A stretch of DNA of 62,953 nt, filler included, from Circinaria calcarea (lineage: Eukaryota), in NCBI GenBank assembly GCA_051942165.1. It is 23 parts of 23 records of this genome, joined end to end, with 100 filler letters (N's around TTAATTAATTAA, not from the genome) between each part and the next. Parts side by side here need not be neighbours in the genome. Positions count along the whole stretch, not along the records: positions 35,745 to 38,383 come from JAVECS010003369.1; positions 38,484 to 41,121 come from JAVECS010003370.1; positions 41,222 to 43,857 come from JAVECS010003371.1; positions 43,958 to 46,592 come from JAVECS010003372.1; positions 46,693 to 49,326 come from JAVECS010003373.1; 18 more parts are not named here. One strand, 5' to 3'. The first letter of the stretch is position 1; each line of letters starts with the position of its first letter. Position numbers and translations under genes: made by a program. The notes under the pieces are model-generated. The model worked only from the letters and a program-made list of their open reading frames with translations, was not told the origin of the DNA and ran no database searches. Shown piece by piece: positions 36,910-49,426 of this stretch.

Positions 36910-37058
36910 ATATCCCTTCGACTGTTGCTCAAGCAGACCGAACCGTGTATTGCTTGGATACAAGGTTGTCATTGGTTAGCCTAGGCTGGCACTGACCAGC
37001 AGCTGGAGCGTGCACAAATGCACAGCTCAGTCTGCTTGAGCAATATTTGAAGGGATAT
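36910..37058. repeat. Short inverted-repeat element, copy 2 (~42-bp imperfect arms)
   Basis: ATATCCCTTC..TTGCTCAAGCAGACCGAACCGTGTATT pairs with AATGCACAGCTCAGTCTGCTTGAGCAA..GAAGGGATAT. The arm is shared with 21026-21133. Confidence 0.78.
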
Positions 37059-37345
37059 CTAGAGCTGTATTACTTATATAAAGGTGTATTCAATATTTCT
37101 TATGGAAACCCTAACTCATCTCGCTTCTCCTTCCTTCTCTTCTAAAACTCAGTGCTCAAAAATAGTCATGGAAGTTCTGTTTGTGCCTTATCATGCAACA
37201 CACAGTTTGCCATCCTTGATGCTTCTCTGTGCGATAGGATCTGATGCTACATCAGTTCGCCCTCATTTGTATTATCTCCCCCATCGTGTAGCATAGTTTC
37301 CCAGCCAATCGTCAAGTACTACGTTCACTCTCGGCTACGACAAAA

Positions 37346-38383
37346 ATGGAAGAGGATGCAAATGAATACCGCCCAGGTGGTTATCATCCTGTCAGTCTAG
37401 GCGACCGGTTCTCTGCAGATAAATATGTCGTTCTCAGAAAGCTGGGTCATGGAACTTATTCGACTGTCTGGCTAGCAAAAGACTCAAGGTATGCCTTTCG
37501 TCTTTCCCTCAAGCAAGTCTCCGTCCCTGATTTGATGTATCAAGGACGAACTCGCATGTTGCTTTGAAGATCCTCCAGGCGTTAAGCTTCCGCAGTGAGG
37601 AAGACTCCTTTGAGATTAAGATGCTCAAGAAGATATCAAGTGTGTCGGAGACATCGATACATCCTGGAAGGAATCACGTTTTGCCACTCCTTGACCATTT
37701 CGTTCATACAGGGCCAAACGGCACACATGTATGCCTGGTGTCAAAGGTCCTCGGACACCACCTACGGGCTCAGGCGTGCAAGTTTAGGCAGTTGAGATTA
37801 CCGGTTCGTGTCGTGAAAGTGGTGGCGAAGCAGCTGCTTGAAGGGCTGGATTTCCTGCACCGGGAATGTGGGATTATTCACACAGGTACGCGGTACCTGA
37901 TGAAGTTTTGGGCTCATGGAACGGGGGCAGCCACCATCAACGAAAGACTGTGTAGTTGCTAACGGATATCCTTCGCAGATCTGCAGCCAAAAAACATCCT
38001 CCTCGAGCTCGAAGATTATGAAGAAGCAATCAGTCACTACCTATCTGATAGTGCAGAGCCCTCCCTATCCACACCAGCTCAAAACGAGTCATCTTCGGCA
38101 TCTGAGCTCAGTAGCAATCATTCCCCAGTACTTCCCACCAAGGCGCTCGAAACGCCTTTAAGCACAAAAATGAAGCAAGTCCACATCAGAATAATAGACT
38201 TCGGAGAGGGTATGTACCCCAGCTACCTTTCCAGCAGCCTCACATCACGGAGAAAAACCATTTACCCAGCTAATACTAAACCCTTCCCCTCCTAGCATCC
38301 TGGATCAACCACCACCAATACGAAGCCATCACCCCCCCTTCCCTGCGAGCCCCCGAAGTCACCCTCGGTGCCCCCTGGAGCAC
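37346..38383 (+). CDS. SRPK-like (CMGC) protein kinase, three introns; 3' truncated
   Basis: YRPGGYHPVSLGD, KLGHGTYSTVWLA, VALKI, LDHFVHTGPNGTHVCLV, IHT/DLQPKNIL, IIDFGE and LRAPEV motifs, with GT-AG introns starting at about 37489, 37886 and 38210. Confidence 0.9.
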
Positions 38384-38483
38384 NNNNNNNNNNNNNNNNN
38401 NNNNNNNNNNNNNNNNNNNNNNNNNNNTTAATTAATTAANNNNNNNNNNNNNNNNNNNNNNNNNNNNNNNNNNNNNNNNNNNN

Positions 38484-39181
38484 GTTCGAGCAGCCTCGGC
38501 CATCCGGTCCGCTTGAGTCATTGCCTTTGGCTTGGTGGCGTCTTTTCGCTTCGCGGCCTTTTCCATGACTTCAATCGCCTGTCGACGACGTCTCTCGCTT
38601 TCCTGCATTCGCTGATGGACCACCGCTTTATTCTGAATGGTCTGCTTGCGGGTTGATGACCGTACCGGACCCTCCTCCGGTGTCGGTAGCCATGAGATCC
38701 GTTCGGATTTCTTCTTCGACCTGGGTAGAGGTGTTGTGGGTATTGTTGGGTTCATGGTGGGGTCGATTTTGACCTTGCTGCGAGAGACGGGCGGCCTCTT
38801 GAAGATCTCTTGAGCTTTTCGTTTCTTGCGGGCCTCCTGCCTATCCTGTTTCTGAATCTCCTTCTCCCCTTCGAAGTCGTCGGCCGCGGCTGTAGGGCCT
38901 TGATCATCCTCGTCCGAAGAGGAGTCGAGCTGGACGTCGGAAGCATCTTCCCCCTCTTCGCCTTCGAACTCGACATCTTCCTCTTCCTCGTCTTCGGCAA
39001 AGAGGAGCTCCAAGTCATCGTCGCCCTCTCTGTCCAACAAGGACGAAAGGCGATTGCCCGCGGTCACCCGTTTATCCCTTCCGGCTATCAAGCTTTCCAC
39101 CTGTACCTCTTCATCACTGCCCTCTTCTGACGATGCGGTCGAATCTTTTTCTTGCTCCGTAGATTGTAGGCCATCGGACAT
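38484..39181 (-). CDS. VPS72: SWR1 complex subunit Vps72/Swc2 (YL1), N-terminal part
   Basis: SLIAGRDKRVTAGNRLSSLL, an acidic tract, RSSTRKQT and MTQADRMAEAAR are YL1 family motifs. Confidence 0.9.
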
Positions 39182-40923
39182 TGCGGCTGAAGGTAGCAGA
39201 GATCGAAGAAGCCCGTGAATGTCTTTCTTTGAGCAGGATAAAAGGCCCTCGGATGTTAGTACGGTAACAGTCTGTGTTGGAGGTTCGGCATGTGTTCAAT
39301 CGGTATGGACGTTCCGAGGGCACTATTGCAAGGCATTGAGCAGTGAATCTAACTAAGATTCCCGCTTGTAGTGTTGAATGGTCCTGCTGGGGTTCCGATA
39401 GAGAAATTTAACCATACCATCCTGCGTATATCCCGGCTATTGCTGCCCATACTCGCTTCTCGACGCACTTTTGCTAAGGCAAACATGTGATCACGCACCC
39501 ATTCTAGCGTGTTTCATCACAGCAGCTAGTGAGCATCCCAAGCCCTTTTGGGCGATCCGAGGACGCAGGAACTGCACACGAAAAGTTTATTTCACCGGAC
39601 TACGAGAATTCCCGCGTTGGGAGTATTTAAGTATCGGCTTTGGGGGAATTTGTGTAGAAAAGTACGACAGAGAGCGAAAGGGGAAGGGAAGGGAAAGGGT
39701 AGAGAAGGCAAGGCTGTCAGTTTCGGGTCCGAGAGTACTCCCACCACCAACACTATAGAAGAAGAATCATTCGGTGAGATTGTTTCGTGTCCGAGAAGGG
39801 ACATATGGCAGGTCTTACTGCAAGCCGTGCCATGCCCAAAGTTTCAGTCGATTCCGCCGCCGTACTCGTAGCACTTAAGCCGTAGACTCTACTGACTGGG
39901 CTCATCGGTCTTGTCCTCTGCTCAGCACCGGCCCATAAGACACTGCTGTCGCTCTTCAACCGCTATAGTATCCGAAGCCAAACGAACAATAGCAGCAATA
40001 GCCGGCTCGCCAGGATTTCTGACAGCCGTACCCGGCCTTTAATTACAGGACTACGACGACGGTCCCAGTGGGCGCTAGAGCCGAAACTCGGGGCACCAGA
40101 CGAATTGCCTCTCTTGATTGTCGATTACCGAGAAGGGAGACGACGCCGACGACAACCACGAGCACGAGGACGACGACGACGGCTCATCACGAACCTCAAC
40201 TCTCCTTCTTGCGATTACATACGACACTCCTTGCCAGTCAACCCAGGTGCTCGCTACCAGTATATAATACCCTTAATACTTCTACTTCTTCTTCTTCTTC
40301 ACAACCTTTCTGACGGCCTTCAACTCTTCGATTCCCTGCCTCCTCCTCCGCCTCCTCCTCCTCCTCCTCCCTCCTCTATCCTCCTTACAAAAGCCCTTGG
40401 AGCGTTGCGGCACAACGCTGTACACTTGAGCGACTTCCCTTCGACTGCGATTGTACGGTTTGACCACGTGCAATAGGTGATCAACCGCCACAGGCACTGG
40501 GGTCTTTACAATCCTTTGTTACAGTTAATCGCAAGTCTGCCATTTGAGCCTCCCGTCGAGCCTCCATCGGCTTCACCTCAGTATCCTTCCTGACAATCCA
40601 TTACGCCGGATTTGACAGAATCAAAAACAGAGAAGACCAATCCCATCATCCCTCGGGCAGGATAGTTCTAGGTGGAAATTGAATAACCATACCCAAGCGT
40701 CGGTGAGAACAATTGTTCCAGGACGCCACTGCCGAGTCCCTGTTCTTCCGTACCTTAACTGTGACTTCTTGGACAAAACTTCAACATTTGTATATTGACT
40801 ACGATTCGTTTCGGACAGTGGGTCTATTCAGCTCTTGCGGCTGCCATCATCAACTAATACCACAAGACAGCTAGATCATAATTCTTTGGGAAGCAATCTT
40901 AAATCGAATCAAAGCCATCCAAG

Positions 40924-41121
40924 ATGTCGATGCCATCAAAAAAAGATCACCATCTTAACTTGAGCTACCTCCCTCAGATTCCGGCCAATCTATCACGATC
41001 AGGCGCATCTACCACCAACACATCTCCAATCGAGCCTCCTTCGGGTAGCGCTGTGCGTTCACCTTTTGGAAATCCCACTGGGCTCGGTGCTATGAACGCT
41101 GCATCTGGTAGTACCCGACTT
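40924..41121 (+). CDS. N-terminus of a conserved ascomycete protein, tentatively a Jsn1/Puf-type RNA-binding protein
   Basis: LNLSYLP...SGASTTNTSP.EP.SGSAVRSPFG recalls the N-terminus of Pezizomycotina Jsn1-like Pumilio proteins. Only 66 codons are visible. Confidence 0.45.
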
Positions 41122-41223
41122 NNNNNNNNNNNNNNNNNNNNNNNNNNNNNNNNNNNNNNNNNNNNTTAATTAATTAANNNNNNNNNNNNNNNNNNNNNNN
41201 NNNNNNNNNNNNNNNNNNNNNCC

Positions 41224-42614
41224 GTACCCAGTAACAATCAACCCTATTCCTTCCCAAGCACCCATAATCTCGCACACTTCGGTCGAGATAGTGATATGAC
41301 AAGGCCTGAGGGAACAGGGAGAGTTTTTTGCGAGGCATGCTGGATATGGATCTATAACCTCACGATATGCTGGACATGTGGCGAGGTTGTGGGACGTCGA
41401 GAGGAGAGGGTCGGATTTGGCTGGTGCTGGTGGCACTGGGGATGTCTTGGTTGTTTGGTCTGCAAGGTACTCGCGGACTTTCCAATTTGAGTAGGAAATG
41501 TAGACCGCTAATGAGTTATCTACAGACACCGCTAAAACCTCCTAAATGGTCAGATGATAGTGGGGGTATCCAGCTGTACGAAACACCGCTGTGTAAGTAC
41601 TGCCATGAGGACTGGAGGTATGCAGAGAATCTTGCAGAGCATTCAGCCACTCCACGATCGTCAGAAGAAGAGCAGATCAATGATGCAACGGTGAACTTGA
41701 AGAGGAAGAGATCCATGCTTCGACGAATGTCTGTTAGCGATGACGGGTCGGCAGGCACCGGCAATGTAATCGATGAAGCTCAAATTCTGCATTACGGAAA
41801 ACATGAAAGTGTGCCGAGTCACCGTACAGAGCAGCCATCGAAGTTGAGAAAGGCCGTTGTTAAAGATGATAACATGCCAGAGCTCAAAAGAACCTCGGGA
41901 GCTTTCCAAGTTGAAATAACCACTAATCAGAAGCCTGCTATGGATCGAGACTCTATCGAGCGGCCAACGCACGTTTCGATCTTCCGTCCTCTCGATCCGA
42001 ACGACTCCTACAGTCCTAGCAAACCTCGTCCTCTTCCCAAATGGATGACTATGCTACCATCGAACCGGGCCAAAAAGACTCCCCATACTCCAAAGTGGAT
42101 GGCTCATCTTCCTTCGAATCGTGTGACTAGCAATCATCATTCTCACCACCCTTTGTTACCAGCCAATCTCCCTTCGCAGTTTCACTCCGAGCTTCCGGTA
42201 CAATCACAGCCTCAGGATAGCATTAATGACCAGGAGTCTATACCGACACCGTCAGAACACTGCTCGACACCACCCCCGGCGTGTACCTTTCCACCTAACC
42301 GTTCACCGGCGCCAACAACTTCAACCCTAACAGAGTTTACTCGGCTTTCTCGATCCTTCACCACCCCTCTCCCTCGGACCGCCCAATCGTCCCCCTTTCC
42401 CTACTTCCAGAATCCGCGCGCGCCGCTAACACCGGCAGCAGAGAGCTCATGGTCGGGCAACACACCGTCGCCGGGCTTGACACCCTATGCCGGTCTCCAA
42501 TATACCACCGTACCGGCCAAGGCAACCTTTGGACGCGGGCAGGGGATGCCACCTGGGGGAGATCTGTGCCAAGAGGAGAATCCATGGTCTACGGGGCAAA
42601 TCTTTCCCAATTAA
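41224..42614 (+). CDS. LIM-like zinc-finger protein with disordered Pro/Ser-rich tail; intron 41467-41525; 5' truncated
   Basis: FCEAC...CWTCGEVV..EERVGFGWCWWHWGCLGCLVCK splices to TPL...PLCKYC, giving the LIM spacing C-x2-C..H-x2-C-x2-C-x2-C..C-x2-C. Confidence 0.7.
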
Positions 42615-43206
42615 CAGGAGAGCCCTATCCGGCTGACTCAACCCCTGTTTCCCCTACCGAGACACCCTGTCCCCGACACAATTCCACGGTATCCAACAGC
42701 AAGTTGGGACACCTTACCCATAGCCGGACGTTCCCCGTCCAGAAATCAATCGCCAACTGGGCTTTCTGACGGTGCTGGATCCTTCATCCCAGAGGAGTTT
42801 TGGAGGGGGGGAAAAGGAACTGGGAGAAGTTGGATAGGGGCTAGCGATAACACACTGGCTTGAGAAAGGCTGAGATAGATGAGATAGGGTAGGACACGGT
42901 ACTCGTACCCGAGGAGAAATGGAGAATTTCTCTAATCAGTCTTTCATGGCATAGCTAGACTAAGGTGATTGATTTTCTTCGCCATCCCAGCGAAAATAAG
43001 GAGCAAAGCAAAAATGAGCAAGGGGAGGAAAGAAATGGCCACCGAAAACAAAAAACAAAAATAGAAAAAACACAAAGCACAACATGTAATCGTAGGATGG
43101 AAGATACCCAGGGCTAACCACCAACGCTTCCTATGCCTTTGCAGAAAATAAGCCAAGATAAGCGTTCAATCCTATAACCATTTCAAGCAGTTATCCCAAT
43201 ACGTAT

Positions 43207-43857
43207 TCAAAAACCCTCCCAAGATGCACTCCCGTATCCGCTACTCCGTCCCGCCTCTTCGAGCGCCACATTCCTCCATCCGGTCCCGACTCCCAGCACT
43301 TTACTCCTCTTCCGTGCCAGACTCAACTCTTTCCTCACCTTCCCTTCCTCTCTTTCCTCAAAACTCCGGAATCTTCTCACGGCCGATCCCCCTTCGCTTG
43401 TAAACGGATCGCTCCCGTCGCCCAAATTACCATCATCGCTACACTCGAATTCATCGAATTTCAGCCCCGAAGTACTTTTCATCAGCCGGGGTCCCTGCTG
43501 TCCCTCACTTCCAGCTCTTCCTCTTCTGCCGATTTCCTCTGGCTGGTTTTCTTTTTCCCCTTCACCATTGTGCAAGCTTTGTCTGGCTCGCTCTCCACCT
43601 TTCCACCTTGCCATCTTCCGGGGGCTCCCTTCTAATCTTTTTTCTAGATCATCTACCTCACTTTTTGTGATCGTCCCCTGGACAAATCTTTCGATGCTCC
43701 GTTTCCGCGCTGCCGCGAAAGCTTGGCCTTGACTATAACGGTAGGGTGTACCGATGGTTCCCCCAAAGGAGGACTGGGTATGACGGTGCTTGCTGGATGA
43801 AGAATGCATACGACGGTGCTCGATTGCCGAGGCAACTTGGGCGACGGAATTGGGGGG
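43207..43857 (-). CDS. C-terminal disordered part of an unidentified protein
   Basis: Open from the contig edge for over 210 codons, ending ...ALEEAGRSSGYGSASWEGF*. Confidence 0.55.
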   Translation of the reverse strand, partial: PPNSVAQVASAIEHRRMHSSSSKHRHTQSSFGGTIGTPYRYSQGQAFAAARKRSIERFVQGTITKSEVDDLEKRLEGSPRKMARWKGGERARQSLHNGEGEKENQPEEIGRRGRAGSEGQQGPRLMKSTSGLKFDEFECSDDGNLGDGSDPFTSEGGSAVRRFRSFEEREEGKVRKELSLARKRSKVLGVGTGWRNVALEEAGRSSGYGSASWEGF

Positions 43858-43957
43858 NNNNNNNNNNNNNNNNNNNNNNNNNNNNNNNNNNNNNNNNNNN
43901 NTTAATTAATTAANNNNNNNNNNNNNNNNNNNNNNNNNNNNNNNNNNNNNNNNNNNN

Positions 43958-46592
43958 GGGCCGCGGGGTTGAAGTGGCCACCTCCCTCCTCTAGCCCACC
44001 CTCCGCAATCCACTTCCTCACCGTCGCAACCGCAATACTCCCCGCAATGATACTCCTCAGCACATTCCTCACGCCCTCCCTCCACTCCTTCTCCACACCC
44101 ACACACCTCGCTGTCTCTGCAGAGGCCTTGCTCACTTCTTCGAATTCCTTGCGAGCGGATTTGAGGGCGTGTTCGGCAGAGAGGAGGAGGGTGTTGAGAG
44201 TAGAGGTGTCGAGTTTAGGGTTGGTAGAATTTGGTGGGAGAGAAGGGTTCGATAAGTTTGAAAGGTCGGGGGGAAAGGGCGAGATGAGGGAGGCAAATTC
44301 CGGGTAAGTGGGGACGGTAGGGAGGGAGATGGGGAGAAAGGGACGCATTCGGAGGGAATGACGGAGGGAAGGGGTACTATAGGGTGGGTGAGGGTAGGCG
44401 GGGAGGAGGGAGAGGTAGGAGAGAGAGGTGTAGAGCTGGAGAGCGTCGATTAGATTAGTCAATCACATTTGTGAAGAAAGTCGGGTAGACCTAACTTCTC
44501 GAAGAGATTAAAGGGAAAGAAAGCCGGGTACTTACGCAAGACAAGGCATCGGCAAATGACTGGATGCCGGATGTTTCCAACATGACGAAGCTGAGAAATG
44601 AGAATGACCGCGCGAACGCGGCTGTTTGCTGAGGATTTGGTTTCGGAATACTCTTCTGGCGACGAACGGTGAATCCACGTATACGCTGGAGATGATGTAG
44701 GCGGGTGTTGGCTAAATGCTGGAGATACCTAAAATGAGATCAGTTAGGGTTCTGCCGCAAGAATGACATAATAGCAGGATATTACCAATACATTCCAGCC
44801 AACTCGTTGACTTGATAGATCTGCAGTTCGAATCCCAACTGCACGATCCATTCCATTTGGTGCAGTTTCTGATAATAGGCCCAGGATGATAGTGGAAAGG
44901 ACCAGATTTCCTCCTCTCCCATTCTTCTGTCTACCATCGGCTCTTCTTTGGTGTATTGACGTAAGTCCATATCGAGCTCTTCGGCCTGACAGCTATGTAA
45001 GCAAAATCCCGCATCACCCTAATGGCACTTACATCAATTTGAATACTATCCCAATCCATGATAGTATGACACAGCATACGTCGAACACGAGAGCGATTCA
45101 TAGTAAGAGCTCGACTTATATCAAGATATGACTAAACTCTGGGTAAGCTCTAGGAATTAAAGGCTGACCTAAAGAAACTACTAACCTGTCCTACGCGGGA
45201 CACGAACAGCTCCATTCTCTTGGCAATCTGGAACCTAGGGTCTTGGGGTAGTTCCACATCAGCATTTCCGGGATCCACCAGTATATCTGCAGGGAGTACG
45301 ATTTCTGCAAGATCTTCTAGAATAAGCTGATGAATCGACATAGTGCCCAACACTCTCATCTCGCCGAGGATCAAAGATTGCAGCAGACACCGAATGTACA
45401 CTGAAGGTTGTGGCTTTTGAGATTGAAAAGTCAAGGCGAACGTCTGTGGAGGTTTTAGTCAGATCACAGCTTTTTAGCCAGAGAGAACAGTGGGGCAAGG
45501 GGATTAGCTACCAAGATATTACTACCTCCTTGGCACTCAAGCACTTTTGCCACATCCTTACCGTCCTTGCACAATCTATTAAGATGGGCACAAGCATCAT
45601 CAAAGCTGATTTTCACCATCGGCCGTGGAGGTACGGTACTAGCCAATCGACGTTGAATCTTCTCACTGAAAGCACCTTCTATTGGTACACCGGAATCATG
45701 ACTTTGCAGTAGCTTCGGCAAAGCATCAATGCATTCATCCCACATAGGGTTTGGCTTTTGCTGGTTGATGAGATCTGCATCCTGTACAATAGCTTGGAGG
45801 AAAGACTTTCGGAATTCTAACCTCTCGATGAGAGCTTGAAGAAGGGTTTCTGGTATGGATCTTCCAGGGTCATTAACCCATTCTATGGCAGAGCCCAACA
45901 GGTCATCAATACCTACCGTCGCGAAGTTTGATAGCAACTTCCGATTGTAGAGATTGGTTACAAAATCCTCTTCCTTAATCCCAAAGTCAGTCAACGTGTG
46001 CGGTCTGCGCTGTTGCCGAAGGTATGCTAACCTCATAATAGGTTTCTCGAATAATCCTCCCATGCACCAAGTCGCATGTCTTGATCAATGCCAAACAATA
46101 GGCTCGAAGGACCAAGTGTAATAGTGGATTATCCCCAGGTGACATCCCATCCCGGGCAAAACAAGTTTCCTCCAAAGACATAGGTTCAGGCCATAAGAGT
46201 CGATCTATGTATAGCGAAGTAAATAGCGTCTGGGACAATGGGTGACCCATATGCCATGCTATCTAGATATCCTTCGATCAGTATCGGACATGTTCTTGGA
46301 AAACGGAAATGTTTTCCTACTTCGTAGCACAACATCTGGTCCATGATGCCCACCACTTCTTCCGGCAAAAGTATCCTAAGCACGTCGTAATTATCCTCGA
46401 GCGTCTCACCCGGTGCTAGATATCCGCTATCCATTTTGGGGTCCATAATCTAATTCCAACGTACTTCTATCAGTCTTTAGCCTGGCGATTCGGCCACGGC
46501 AATTCTCCACCTAGGAACCTCATACCTCCAATGCACCCACGGCTTCGAAAAGTGTAAAATATTCATCTTTGACGAGTTGGCCAGTGGAGAGC
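43958..46592 (-). CDS. MAK10: NatC N-acetyltransferase auxiliary subunit Mak10/Naa35, multi-exon, truncated at both ends
   Basis: GQLVKDEYFTLFEAVGALE/IMDPKMDSG, GHPLSQTLFTSLYID, YYE/EEDF, FSEKIQRRLASTVPPRP and WIVQLGFELQIYQVNELAGMYW. Confidence 0.95.
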
Positions 46593-47890
46593 NNNNNNNN
46601 NNNNNNNNNNNNNNNNNNNNNNNNNNNNNNNNNNNNTTAATTAATTAANNNNNNNNNNNNNNNNNNNNNNNNNNNNNNNNNNNNNNNNNNNNGACGATTG
46701 GAACCCAGCGTAAGGGTTAGGGGATAAGGAAAGATATATATCACGCAGAGATTCAAATCGCGAAAAAATTGTGGGGGGGGAATCAAGAGGTTTTTTTTTT
46801 CCTTAATTCCTGAAACACATATCGTATGTATACTAATCCGTAAAAAGAGCCGGTCAGAAAAACTCCCCCCAATTCTTTAAAAATAAATTTCTTACCTTTT
46901 TCTTTCACGCGGGAATTTTTTGTTTTTTTATTTTTATTTTACGAATTTCATCTCCCTCCTTTACTTTCTTTGATTTCTGCCGAGGGAGTAGGGGTAATAG
47001 GCATGTCACACCTCCCTTTAACCCTTTCACCACCCATGCTACGTAAAACTTAGTGATAAAAATCCTCTTCTTCTATCTATTGTGTACTAAAACCCAGCAA
47101 ATCTGCCTTTCTTTAATTTTTCAAACGTGGTTCGGTTGGCGATTATTCGCTTTTTTTTCGGTTTTCTCTCTCCCCTTCCCCCAATCCCTTCCTCCCTCCT
47201 TCCCAAAAAGTCAAAAATCTCCTACTCATCTGTACGGCGCCCGGTAGATCGGAGCCATGTCCGTTTTTCGAGAATGGGGCTGGGGGGCCCAGCACCTGGT
47301 TTTATTTTAAAAAAAATACAAGAGGGATTGTATACGTGGAATAGACTAGACTACGGAGTAGCTGTAATCAAAATATTCTACAGTGAATGGCCGATTTAAC
47401 CGCCAGGAGAATCATGCGCGGAATTTTTCGAATGCGGAGAGATACTCAAGAGACCTGGTAGGATGTCGAGAACGGGGTGAGGTCAAGGGAAGAGGTTTGG
47501 GACTAATATTCGTGATCCGGGGGGTGGGGTGAGGAGGGGCTCTCGGAACCCTATGGGCCAAGTTCCCCATGGTGCCAAGTGCTTAACTTGAGGCTCAAAT
47601 AAGTCTTGAAAGGGGGGCAAGGAGAAAGTATATGCGGAGTTTGTAAATGCGGAAGAACTTCTCCGAGACATTGCAAAGCACGAGGAAAGGTGAAGTCAGG
47701 AGGTCTAGTATTGGCATTTGTGCCTTGATGGGGTTCAGAACCATAGGGGTTAGGTAAGTCAGCCGGTGTTGCCAAGCTCTTAAGAACAGGCACGAATAAA
47801 AGTCATAGTATTATCAACTGCTAAAAGAAGGCATGAGAGTGCCCAAACAACGAGAGATTATGCCATCTCTACCTAGAAAATACATTGCTA

Positions 47891-49326
47891 CTACTGTTGT
47901 TCCCCTGACCTCGGTGTCAGCTTCACTAGGAGCGGTGTCTTCTGCCATGAGAGAAAGGCCTTTTGTTCAGTCCAATCTTTCCCGTTATCTTCGCAGAGCT
48001 CCATGTCAAAATTCCATACCACCTTTGCAAGGACGAGCCGAGTCTCTGCCTCTCCGAGCCTACATCACCATCGGTCAATCAGACTTAGATTCACCAAGGA
48101 GAACCTTTTTCAGAAGACAGAGCAGAAGCAAAGGCAAAACTTACAGTTTTCCGATACAATTCCGAGGGCCATAAGAAAAGGGTTTGAAGACATCCTTCTC
48201 GTCGGATTTAAAGCGGGGGTCGTCGAGCCAGCGTTCTGGGATAAAGGTGTCCGGAAAAGAGAAATTGGTAGAAGAACGGAAAGCGGCATATTGGTTTATG
48301 CTAACGCCAGTCTGCAAGGCAGTAGTCAGTAAGGTAAGAAAACGATAACTTACGGATGGAGCTTCGTCGAAGGTAGGGTTTCCCGGACTAAGTGTACTCG
48401 GGGTGAGCATGAACGGGTAGCCTTTCCCAGGGTAGGCACTGCCAAGTTTATTTCCAAAAACAAAATAAAAGGTACAGGGAACCCCTGGGGAGTGCCACCG
48501 GCTCATGCTCAACCCGAGTGTTCAGCAGGATACAAACTGGCGTACTTACGTTACCTGATATCCAATGGCCGCAGATAGTGTCCCCTTCAGGTGGGACTAC
48601 AACAGCTTGACCGGTCAAGGCAGTTGGATACATCCGGAGGGTCTCGGCTAACACAGCCAACAAGTATGGAAGTTTTGCAACACTCTGCACATCAATCTCA
48701 CCGTCGCTCTTGAACGATCCGCGGACCTCCTCCTTTAGCCTCATCAAGACCTTAGGGTTCTTTGACAGATAATATGTAGCGCCACTCAAGTTGGTTGCAA
48801 TACTCTCGCTGCCCGCAACGACGAAGAGCGACGCGTTTGACCGAAGCTCTTCTGGAGTGAGGCCTTTCTCACTGGCGTTTTGTTCGAGGATGGGTGATAT
48901 TAAATCGGGTCGACCCGTTCCAAGCTTCACACGGCTGGTAATCTTGTCGGTGATGTACGCAAAATGATCTGCTATCATTAATTTGATGCTTTTCGGAATA
49001 AAAACCGGAAGAAGGTGCCGAAAGATTGGGAAACGATTGCATGCACTCATGAAAGTAATTCCCTTCAGATTACCAAAGATCATCTTCACCCACGGATGAT
49101 ATCTCTGATCTTCAAGGCAGTTGAAGGATTCCCCAAATGATAAATCACCGATGATATCGAAGCTCATCCAGTTGTACCAATTCATCACATCCACCTTCCC
49201 CTGGCTTGGACCGTCTACCTGTTCACGTAGACAACGGATGAGTTTATCAACATATGCACGAACCACTGGCTCCTGTTCTCTAAAGGCCTTGGCCGAGAAC
49301 GCGTGGTCCAAGACCCTGCGCATACG
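47891..49326 (-). CDS. Cytochrome P450, CYP65/TRI11-like clan; 5' truncated; introns 48312-48549 and about 48060-48144
   Basis: FDIIGDLSFGESF, I-helix AGSES, K-helix ETLRMYP, PERW and heme motif PFSYGPRNCIG. The last exon ends ...PLLVKLTPRSGEQQ*. Confidence 0.95.
48396..48519. repeat. ~40-bp imperfect inverted repeat inside a P450 intron
   Basis: ACTCGGGGTGAGCATGAACGGGTAGCCTTTCCCAGGGT pairs with ACCCCTGGGGAGTGCCACCGGCTCATGCTCAACCCGAGT. Confidence 0.75.
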
Positions 49327-49426
49327 NNNNNNNNNNNNNNNNNNNNNNNNNNNNNNNNNNNNNNNNNNNNTTAATTAATTAANNNNNNNNNNNNNNNNNN
49401 NNNNNNNNNNNNNNNNNNNNNNNNNN

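Noticed and set aside
46711..46724. TAAGGGTTAGGG near a contig start as a telomere
   Set aside because: Only one true TTAGGG unit, not an array.
48312..48555. Stwintron in the P450 gene (GTAAC directly before GTAAGT)
   Set aside because: Using the upstream GT breaks the frame. The simple splice gives the expected GHWISGN/TGVSINQ.
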